NCBI GenBank assembly: GCA_012026655.1
Contig: JAAILG010000201.1
Coordinates: forward strand, 62,001-126,000
From: Hydrolagus affinis
Lineage: Eukaryota
Length of the DNA stretch: 64,000 nt
Direction: 5' to 3'
The notes beneath the pieces were generated by a model that searched no databases, had not been told where the DNA came from, and saw nothing but the letters and a program-made list of their open reading frames with translations. How positions within the stretch are numbered: the stretch's first letter is position 1; each line of letters opens with the position of its first letter. The position numbers and the translations under genes were made by a program. Of the stretch, positions 12,556-24,500 are shown one piece after another.

Positions 12556-15500
12556 CAATAAAACCAATCAATTACCATCTGTCAGAATGAGTCAACTCCA
12601 GCTGTGGTTTTGAGAGTTTAATTTGCTCTTCCTGTATAACATAGATTAGCACCTCTTTGTCAGACAGCTGAGAGTAGGGTTGGCAGGCATTCTCAAACAA
12701 CTCCCATAATACGACACCCAATGACCTAAAAAAGGTAAAAGTGAAAATGTCAGATTTGATCACTCACAATATAATTCTCTATCAAAGACATTAAACGAAC
12801 CATATGTAGTAACCAATGTCACAATTCTACCAGAAGACAGATGTATTTACGGTTTTAATATTTTCCTTTCTGTACAATCAAAGGCAGTTTAGCTGTGTGA
12901 CATCTTATATAAGTGCTTGAGTAAAGTATTGGAAAAAGGCCAGTCAGCTCATCCTCCACTGACTGTATTGGCTTTCAGATTTTCAGTATTCTGCTAAAGG
13001 ATCATCAGAACAACAATTTTTCAGTTATTTGTTTTCAGAGCATTGACAAAATACTACAAATGACTCCCACAGAAAAATGGGTGGAAGTCAGATATTGTAT
13101 ATTTGCACTACAGGTAATTTCTCCCTCCCAACCTCTTGCAGCAAACGAATGAACTGAAAACTAGACATGTCTTTGCTAGTTTCAAACAGCATATTGTTGT
13201 TATTGGTAGTAAGGATACTGTTACAGTAAGAGAAAGCCAGGGAGAATTTAAATCATAGTGGCTACATCTCAAAAGGATTCATTCCTATGGCGTTTGGTTG
13301 ACAGTTCACCAGTCATTGCTGACTCTGAGGCCACATCCAAACAGCAACTGGTTGCAGCGTAACATCACACCAATCTGCCTCTTTTGAATTTCCAGGACTG
13401 ACTGGAACTTCAAAATTGTCGCCCTCTCCCCACAATGATCCACATCAATGGGCTAACCATGTCCTGCTGTTAGTGTTGGCGTGCTCCCTCCACCTCTATG
13501 ACTTCCCTACCAACCTGTCCATTCCCTTCACTCAGTGGCCTGTGGCTGGTTCCATCCTATCCATCCTACCATTGGCGGCAAGCCTTCAGTCACTCTGCCC
13601 CCATTCTTTGGAATTCCATCCCAGAACCGCACCAGCTCACATCCTCCCTAGCTTTCTTCAAGTCCCACCTCAAGACCCTCTTCTTCAACCATGCCATCGC
13701 TCAACCACTTTCCCCTTCTTCCCTCAACGATCCCGACCCCAGCTTGGGTCAGAAACACTGACTGTCCAACGCCTTGGGACATCCTTCCAACGTGAAAGGT
13801 GCTACATAAATTTAATTTGGTTGTTTTTATCATTGCAGTTGATAGCTGAACTTGCCCATTGAGCGAAGTACAGAAATATGGTTACAAAAAGCGTTTAACA
13901 TTGATGAGCATAGGCTTACCAAATATTACTCTGTTTTGTCTGTTCTGCTATTACCATACTCCCATAGACATCACCTACAAGCTCAGGTGCAATCCAGCGC
14001 AGAGGGATATTCTGCCCATCATTGGTTCCATAATCCTCCTAAATTTTATCGAGCGGGGAGAAAGATTTAAAGAAAAAGTAGTTTCAACTTACTGCTAGGT
14101 AAACAGAGGCGTGCAGAGTAAGGAAAGTTATCCAACATTTTGCCCTGCCGGAAATCAAACCCAGGTCTCTCGCTTGCGAAGGTGAGTGCTCTAACCACTG
14201 AGCTACAGGACACCATATGAATTTGTATCACATTTCACAATAGAGACATATTTTGCTTTTAAATTCTAGTTACACATAGACATTTTACATTTATGTAGCA
14301 AAAGAAAAGTGAAATTATTTCCACAATAAGCAACACAATAATTGCAGCACACATTTTACCCCTACATTTTAATTCTCCTGCCTACACTGAGCTAGGTGTG
14401 CATTAACATAGATATCCTAACAAGCTTTTTCAAAAACTTAAAAATGTTCACTGTGATCTGTTGGGAGCTCGAAGGTGACTTAGGAAATAGTTACACAGTA
14501 AAACATTTCAGAACAAATACTCAGTTCCCACACACTAACAAGTTAAATGGTAATATGTACTCAAATTCAGAGACAGCTGTGTGACAACCTTATATATAAT
14601 CTGAAAATGCAATTGGACTTCTTCTGCAGTTATTTGAGAAACAAAGAAATTGCATTTTTTTAAAACATGTTTAGCTTATGTAGAAAGAATGCAAGTACAA
14701 ATATGGTTTTGCTGACAATTTTACTCTGCCCAGAATCATCCTCATCAGGTGCATTTACACAAGTCATCTTGCATGTCATTCTAACCACTTGCAATAGATG
14801 ACCTTTATCTATCCTTGGCTAGAAAATAATATCTGGTCCTAAGAGGCATTTGCTACCACCCCATCAATTTAACAATAGCCGTATATTTTCAAGGATTAGC
14901 AATCAGGGTGGTGTCGATGAATGGTCGGTATTGAATGGATATCTGTTTGATATTCAAGTAAAATACAAGGGAAAAGAGCACCATTTATGAACAATATCAA
15001 TATTTAAATCCTAGAGCAAAAGAAAGATATGACATTCACCTATATAGGTTTTTAAAATAAAATTTTTGAATGAAACAATATTTGGTCAGTTCCTTGCTCA
15101 ATTTGTAAAGTGCCAAATTTAGTGCATAAAAGATTTTGTGCTCAGAATAATGTAGAATTTAGCCTTCGAGTCACATAACCTGCTTTTAGTTTGCTGAGCA
15201 TTGAGATGAGCACTGAAAGAAGCGTGTGTAAAAAAATATTTAAACCACTTACCCTGTATCTGCTGAGGCCTATTCCATAATCTCCGACTTTTACAGTCAA
15301 GTCTGCTGTGAGGAAACAGCTTCGTAGTGCTAAGTCACTGGCAGGACAGAGACGGAAACAGGAAGCAGGAATGCCCAAATGGAAAAGGCGAACAGTGGAG
15401 AAATAAAATGTCAGTCAGAGCTCCGATGCACATTGGATCAATAACTGACCGTTGGTAACAATTATCCTAATAAGGGAACTGCATGCAGACAGACTCACCT

Positions 15501-18500
15501 ATCCTATGGCTTATAAAGTATTTTCAGCCAATCAGGATGGTTTATACATACGTTACTTAGAAGCTTATAAGATTTTCACGATAATAGATTGGCTGCTGAG
15601 ATATTTAGCATCATGTATAATAGGTTTAATTTAGTCACAATGCTGCATCGCAGTACTGGATTTGTTCCGAACAGAGCATTACTCCCTTCCCCCAAGGGAG
15701 AAAAAATACATTGGTTTTACAGGAAGCGGCAAATGGCTTTATAAATGACTGCATTCCCCTGATGCTGACAAGACGCAGCAGACAAGACTCAGACAAACAC
15801 TGAGACATTCAAGTGCAATATAATGATCAGTAAATGTTTTGAGAATAGTAACTTTGATTTTAATCTAGACTGCATAGTTGCATTGGTGGTACTACCTATA
15901 AGAGGTCTGAAATGTATAGTTCTCAGCATTTACTTCCAGTGTTTAGTCGTTCGCAACAAATCACAGACCCACAAGGTACTTCCATAGTGCTGAGCAACAT
16001 TACATTGAAGGTCAGATGCAGATCTAGTGACGTTAGAAGGCACACAGTTCAATTTCCAGCCTCTCAACATTTCACATCAAGTGCTAGGTGTCAAGAGTAT
16101 CGAACCAAGAGCAATAGTATCTATTTCCCCCAGGTTTAGCATCCCTCCATCTATCAATGAGCTGCAAAGAATGAACCGATTTTGGACTATGTAGAATCAA
16201 AAGGAATTGTCTAATTTTCACATTGAAAGAAAACACTTGCAAGATTATATTGTCAGTTGCACTCTATAGTTTCTTAAACTTTAGGAATAATAAAACAAGT
16301 TCATTAATAATTATATTAGCAAAACATTAAATCAGTGCACTTTACAACCCTGTGAAGAACTTTGAACTCCTTCGATGTGTAAGGCACTGTAATAAATGTA
16401 AACCTTCCTTCATAAGGATTATTAGAAATATATAGAAAACTATCAGCAGGTACATTACAAAATAACTGGTAGAAAAACTTGTACTATTCTTGAATGTTTT
16501 CTGAAATTCAATATATTAAAGTGTGTAGAGCAATGTTTTCATACCATGGCAACATTGAACTTTTAAAAATTAGGAGTAATTGCATGCATTGCCCTGGACT
16601 CAAACACTGACCAGCTCCTGACTGCCATCCTGTGGTACAAAATGTGTTGAGCTATTTCCGCTACAGTACAGTATGATACCTGCCAAAGCAGACACCCAGC
16701 TTTTCATTTTTTAGAGGAATTAATCAGATTTACTGGGAACAGATCTTCCTATCATCTAATCCACCAACCCTGGCTAGTCATTCATTGAACCATATCCCAG
16801 AATGAATTAATATCTTTATGAAAGGAGGGCTTGGGGGAGCCAGCAGGGGTAAGTAAGTAATCCTTTAGTTTATATAGCGCTTTCCACATCTTACCGACGT
16901 CCCAAAGCGCTTCACAGAGTTTGGGGAAGGAAAGTAGGAAAATTAACTGTATATTTGTGGGCGAAAACGCGGCAGCCAAATTGCACACAGCAGTGTCCCA
17001 CAAACAGTCGTGAAAATAGGTAAGGAAGGAAAGCAAGGGGAGTACATTTCCTTCATTGTGAATTCTTTAAATTGGTTACCTAAGTGAAGGTGCATTTCTT
17101 TTTTCAATGCCTAAGAGAATACTTAGCAAAGACAAATTTGTAATTTTATTTGACCATTTACAAAAGCACTAAAGTTTTTTTTAATGCAATTGTTTTTAAG
17201 GTTAGGCCAAAAACACAACTCTGAACAATACTCAAACGTACAGAAAACGTGCTACTGTCGATCTATATTATTTTATCTTTCAAGGTGTGAGAGTGAAGTA
17301 CAAAGTTAGCATTTCAAAAATATATATGCTACAGGCAGCAAGCTTCACTTACAGAATCTTAATTGGTTACCTCACTAATTTAACCCAGCAAAACACTTGT
17401 TGTCACATATTTATCATTAGTACATAGACAACATACTGAGAAAAACAAAATACTATTCTGTATATACTAATATAAAATATATACCTCTACCCCCACACTC
17501 TGGAATTCCATCCCACAAACCCTTCGCCTCGCTTCCTCCCTTGCCTCCTTCAAGGTCGGTCTCAAGAGCCTCCTGTTCAATCGTGCCTTCTGTCGCCCTT
17601 TCCCCTCTCTCCCTCCCCCATGCTCGGGTCTCGACCCCTGACTGTTCAGTGCCTTGGGGTGTCCTCCCGATGTGAAATAAATGTAATTTTATGGTTGTTG
17701 TAATACAAATTACACATTAGAAGTCACACATTGCATTAGAAGTCATTTTGTTTCATAACAAAAATGCAACTCAGGTCTAACATCCAAAAGTACTAGTGCT
17801 GATCATGCTCTTAAAGTTGGAGGTGAGGCCTAAGGCTGAGAAAGAATAGAGAATTTTCCATTTCACAATGCAGTTCTTGGCTCAGCTGTTCAGTTTTGAA
17901 AGTGCTGTAATGTTTGTCTATTTTATTTGAAATATAAGTGACTATAAGAAATTTTTGCTGCTAATAAAAATATATTTTATAGATAAATTCATCCTGCTGT
18001 CATTTTTCACTTAAATATTAAACAGATTGTCCTGCAAACAATTGGGCCACTATGTATGCCTTACGACCCAATGGACATTATAGTGTACAGGCTCGCATTG
18101 ACTGGGAACTGACAGATGTCAGAAAAGTTTTTTGTCGTATCAAAATAGTCTGAAGTGACAATATTTCCCATTTCTTAAAATCTCTTCCTCCTTTTCAATC
18201 CTTCCTCCCCAAAGGAAAATAATGGATTTGCTCCAAAACACTTGTCGCTGGGAGGTGAGAAATCCTGGTTTAAAAAGTTTTTTTTGCCTATTGTGGGGAA
18301 TATGACATGGGAACTGAGCAAAAGTCACTCCGACATACTGAGAATTACAAAGCACTGGACCTCATCATTAACACTGGGGAGTAGTACAGCAATGAGTAGA
18401 ACATCTTAAATGATTACCAGAATTGCTTCATTTAAGTGATGACTTTCCTGCCATAATTTAAAACTTGTTCCATAATGAAAGGTTCGCATGCTAACCTGTC

Positions 18501-21500
18501 CACGTACCAAACTTGCAAATAGCATATCAACAAAATGTAGTTTTTGGACATATAGCTCCAAAATTCCATAAAGAAAAAATAACTTAAGAAAATAAGATTT
18601 TATGCATACAATTATAGTAAAAATGAAGCCCTTGTTTACACAAATATACCAGGATTTCAGACCAATTAAGGCAACATCCCTGTGACATTTCCTATACATC
18701 AGCAATTGTGTGCGTAAGTGCAGAGAGTGCATTTTACAACTAATGGCAGGTCCAAGTAATCTGAAAAGCAGATGGTTAGTGCAGGAGAGGTGCAAAGTTT
18801 AGCTGCTTCAATTCACCACTAGCAACAAAATCACTGATGCTGGAGCTTTTCCACATACTCAGACAGCATCAGGATATTGTTGCCAGAAATGAACATTTGC
18901 TATAGCAACCCAGAGAATCCAACATCCACAAGTACTAACAGCTTTCCATTGCAGGTTTCAGAAACAGATGGCAAACTAATTATTTGGACATGAGGCACTT
19001 GGGTGGGAGATTGTTGAGTGCGTGAGGTGGGGGAGAAAGGAGGGACTTGAGGTCTTAAGCATGTTGCATTTCAGCTTGGTACATACACTTCCAGTTTAAG
19101 AAACCTGACATTAGTAAGGATATTTGTTCAATCTTGCTAATACAAAGCAATCTCTTGTACCAATGGCAAGTTCACACATCTAACAACAATTTTTTTTAAA
19201 GTTTATGAAATACATTCAAAGCCATACAAATGAAAAAGTAATCCGTTAAAATTAGGTATCTTCAAGGCAATCATTGCCGATTGCTTTGGAATCTAAAAAA
19301 ACTAGAAAATCAAGTGGTATCAGAGTTGCCTTTGGACTTCAGAGCAGTGGGAAATTCATCAATATGATCGGAGACCTTTGCTTCAGTGTACTATAAAAAA
19401 TTCACTGTAAGATGATCTTTTACATCAAAACTGTGTACTCATCGTGTTTTGGCAGCCATCAGCAAGTGAGAAAATAATTTATGTGCGTTGTGTAATTCAA
19501 TAGGCTGGTCTCATTCCAATTATGTTGAAGACATAAGGTTAAACGAAGAGCAATCACTTCTTTCGATTCCAGGCGAAATATTTGTCGATGTAAGTTTTGA
19601 CAGACAAGCATTTGCTACATTGAAAAATTCTGGTTCACACTACCTGGCCTTATTTTGTGCTAATGACAGTTATCAATACCTTGTCTGACTGCAAGATCAT
19701 ACTTACAGACCAAATACGAATATTAAGCCATCACTATTAAATAACACAAACTTTATTTCTGATGCAATGCTACACCACTGCTGGATTATGTATGTGGCAT
19801 GTGTGGTTAAAATATACTTTATCGTAAAACTCAATTCTTATTGGTTAACGTATAATTCCTTTATATTGCAGCATTTATTTCCCATTATAATGGCCATATT
19901 GACCTGTATGTGATAAACCAGTTCCATGTGCCTTTCACTTAGGTTATCATTCCAAGGAATGTTAACAAAATTCTTAAATTTTAAGTTAATTTTCACGGGA
20001 GCTGAGCAAGCATTTATCCAATTAAGCAGACCCCTCACCAGCTCAGCTGAAGTAGATAACATGAAACTGATACAACACAACAACTATAAAATTACATTTG
20101 TAATGCACCTTTCACAAAGGGAGAACATCCCAAGAGCTAAACAGGATCCAAGTGTGGGAGGCAGGGTTTGCATGAGGGATGACAGAGGGGCTAGGAGGGC
20201 AGCTGAAGGCACAGTCAAAACAATAACAAAATTTCATTTGTAGAGTGCCTTTCACATCAGGAGGATGTCCTAAGGGGCTGAAAAGTCAGGGCCCGAGCAT
20301 GGGGGCAGGTGACGGTGGGGGGAACAAGGTTGGGATGAGGGAGGGCAGATTCTCATTATCTGAGATAGTGGCTATCACAGATAATAATAATGAATATCTA
20401 TTGCAGATACTTGCAGATCAAAAATGAACTGAAATATATATTTCTACAAAATAGTTAACAAAATGCTGATTAATTATACTAGTTTTCTCAATACACTTAA
20501 GAAATAAGATCTTCATTAATTTATAACATTCCCCCATTATATTGGTTCAAAACAAACATAACAAGTAAAACATACAACATCTTATTGAATACTCTTATCC
20601 TGCTGAATAGAAATATACAGGTAGCACAATAAATCTTGTGAGTTGTGTTTCAAGGTTTAAGATAAATGAATGTTTAGCATATTCAAATCCTGGCCTTGAA
20701 TTGGGTACTATGAAGATAATGAGAATTAGCACAACATGGTGCGTTATGATGCAAAGCGCTCTTGAGACACTGTCCAGCGTGGAGGGCTTTATATAAATCA
20801 AAGTAGTTGTTATTATAATCTAACACTCGATGAAATGAAAGAACTTATCCTGAGAAAAAAAATCTTAACATTTAACAAATTTAAACGAATACAATGCCAC
20901 TAGAACAATTTTACTAGAGAAATTATACTAGTGAAAATATTTAACTTTATAACTAACTAACTATAGACAATCTGGTACGATTGCAATAACTCATCCGAGT
21001 CTGATAGTCTGACGGATACAACAGTGAATTCAACAGTGAATACAACACAAAAAAATGTGTCTTTTTCTGAACAGATTCACAAAAGAAGAATCTATTTCAA
21101 ACTATAGTGGAGTCAAAATGCCAGTCAGGCTATAAACCATGCCAGCTGTAAACATTTATCTTATAAAAGGTACTTTTAATGTTTATTCAGTTGGTTGGCG
21201 TCTTTGGTGGTAGAGACTTGGATTAATGATTCTGTTGTGGGAACACCATGTACATAGATTGCTAGTCTATTAATGGTTACGCTTTATCACAAAAGGAAGA
21301 AAAAAAATGCAACAACTCTCATTGAAAGTTAAGTGGCTATTCGAGAACAGCACTGTCACTAACATTTAGTGTGTCTGATTTTTAATATGATTGGGGAAAA
21401 ATTTAACTTGGGTCCAGATTTATTCTAGTTATGTAGCATTTTAGAGCAACAATTTGGCAAATTAGTGGATAGAAACTTAATTTTAAAGCCGGTTTTCTGT

Positions 21501-24500
21501 AAATTTGTTTTAAGAACAGTAAAATTATTATTATCAATATTAATTGAATTAATATTATAGAAATATACCTGTGTACAAAGTTGTGCTTGTGTAGGTGTGC
21601 AAGTCCAGCAGCAATCTCACACGCCATCCTCTGTAGCTGTAGCACCTCTGAACCCCCATAGCTTGGGTCTTGTTGCTGACTGCGCAGGTAGCCTTTGATG
21701 TCACCCTGTGAAATTAAAGCATTATATATTAACCTTCAGTAATAGTATTTCTGCATTGAACAGCTCCCTGAAACAGATCTGTTATGTGTCTTCTATGTTT
21801 CTGAAGTTATATGTTAAAATAACATCACCTCAACAAGGCTTCCATGACCTTTCACTTCTCCACTCAAACCAGTTGGTGAGACTCACTAAGACTAGAGCCT
21901 GAACAAAAAAAATACACACACCTTTTCAGCACTATAGCTTGGACAGCGAGTACAAACGGTGAATGTGAGGGCAGTCACATCAAGGTTTTTTTTTAAAAAA
22001 AAATCTTGTCTTCTGAGTGTCTTTCAGATAACAGTTAGAAGAATTAAGAACCTAATCCCAGGGAGTGAAAATTCTGCCCCAACCTCACACCCACTTGTGA
22101 TCTGGTTGCAAACAACATGGTGGATTATTTCTCTGTGAATTAGGAAGGCATTTTGTACAAGTGAATGAAATAATCAAAATGGGTTTAGCAGAGGGTTAAG
22201 CGCTCCATTGAGATCCATTTTAATGCACAATTCAGAGCATCTAACGTATGCTTTGAATTACAGTCCAATTCAGCTCAGCCCAGCACAGAAAGAAATTCAA
22301 GAAACTCGGGCAACATTCAGATTTGAAAAAGGAAGAGATACAGACAAATTTAAAACCTTAGAGTCAGCAAGTACCCACACCTGAACTACATGCAAACAGT
22401 CACACAACATACACACACATACACCATCTAACATTGTTCCCTAATTATCTGAACCTTTAGTATGGTGGATTGTCCCTAAACATGCAAACTGGCAGATTGG
22501 ACCAATGCGCACAAATAAAGAGACAAATAGTTTGTAGATATCACAAGATTGGATATATAGGAAGAGAAGGAAAATAAATTGAAATATCAATACAGATTAG
22601 TAGAAGAGATAAGAGCTACCATATATAGCAGCAAAGCCTAATTCATTAGAAGTGCAATTAAACTATCTGAAAATGAACAAAGACCAGAGTCAACACTTCT
22701 CATAAGGTAACCATTATTAGTCATTCTGGATATTAAGTCAGCAATGTAAGCATCAAGTGCAGTTTTTGTTTTTAAAAAAGCAGACATTTTTTATATTTAT
22801 ACAACATATTTTATTGTTATAGCTAAGATTTTTTTGTGGACATTTTGTTCATAAAAATAAATTAAATTGGGTTACAAAACACTAAATCCTTGGCAACAAA
22901 ACTGGTAACAACCTTTGGTTAAAAAAAATTTGATACAGTACTAGAACGGAAGGCATATATGACCGATAGATGGCAGCACCAGGTAACACATTTTAATACT
23001 GTTTAATTTGAGTGGAATACAGTGCATCAACATAAGGCATGGTGGGTCTAATAATAATAATCCTTGAATTTTGACTGCGTGTTTTCCACGTCTTCTAGAT
23101 GTCTCAAAGCACTTCACAGAATATACTGCAAAGCGAATTGACTGTATATTTGTGGGTGAAACGCGGCAGCCAGATATGCACGGCAGTGTCCCATGAACAG
23201 TTGTGGATTGAAATGAGATGTTTAGTCTCCCCACAGCTCTTGAAAATCTAGCTAGTCACTTAAAATTTGAAAAATATTTACCAGTTGTTGTACAGTTTTA
23301 AAGGCACTTTTTATCTGAAATGCCCTAACTGCACTCACATCTGCATATTCCACATTATTATTACCATGTGAATAATAACTTGCATTTGATAGAGCCTAAT
23401 CACATCTTCAAGACTTCAAAGTACTTCACAGAATGTACTGTAATATACTATGTATATTTTGTGGGTGAAAAGTGGCAGCTAATGCTATAGAACTGTAAAT
23501 TGTATTGTATGATGTAAAATACAACAAAAAAAAGCCTTAAATAGGCAAACGATTTACAGGTATAGTTAATGCGCTACAGCAAAAACAAAGCCAAGATTCT
23601 GCAGTCCAGCTCTTGGGTGTAGCCTCACACAGAGAAAATAAGTGAAGCATGGTCAAAGAGATAGGTTTTTAGGCGGCTTTTGAAGACAGATAGATGGAGG
23701 GCAAGAGGGAGAGATTGGGAACCCATGCCACATTACTGTAGTAATAATTACCCTTGCATTAAATATAAGCATTGTATCACGTCTTTGAGACGCCTCAACG
23801 CACCTTGTGCAATAGATGTTTAAACAAAATTAAAGCTTTCACAAATCAACCACACTCTTCATTAAAGACTAAAAATCAGTTATCATTTTGCAGCCATTAA
23901 TATTTTGTATGATATCTGAAGGAAAGTTCACTTTTTTTAAAAAAAAACATGTGCCTCCAATAATTATGTTATGGGGATTCTTGAATTAAAAACTGAAAAA
24001 CACTAAGGTCGAAGATTATACTGTGTTCTTACCACCAGAAATCAGCAACTCCCACCGATGTCAAAGAATATAGAAAATTTGCACTTTTTAAAAAAATTCA
24101 GTTCCAAAGTAACTTTAAGCCAATGTTTTGTTAATGGCAGCATAGGTCATAAATACATTGTACAGTTTGCCTTAGATGGCAGCGTGCAGCTGTTTATTTT
24201 TTTCCCGCTAAAATAAGAGAAGCTGACACTCAGCAAAACAGCAACTGGTGGACTGCAGTTTCCACCAAATGAGAAGCCTTACATATTTGTACAAAATGCA
24301 CTGAGTCAGCGTTTCCCCTTACAGAAGTACTCGTTTACAACTCTTATCCATCTTCTTGCCAAAAATATCACACACAGCAGTAATAGTGGCTGGATGTTAA
24401 AGCACACTTGTTTAAAATGTCTTTCCAACATATTTTCTGGTGTATACTTTTAAATTTACTTACTTTTAACTCTGCCAGCAACTTAACATTTTTCATCATC

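Noticed and set aside
14140-14212. tRNA-Ala-like gene (also ~39815-39885)
   Set aside because: It runs directly into SINE body sequence, lacks a proper acceptor stem, and recurs as degenerate copies, so it is a SINE head.
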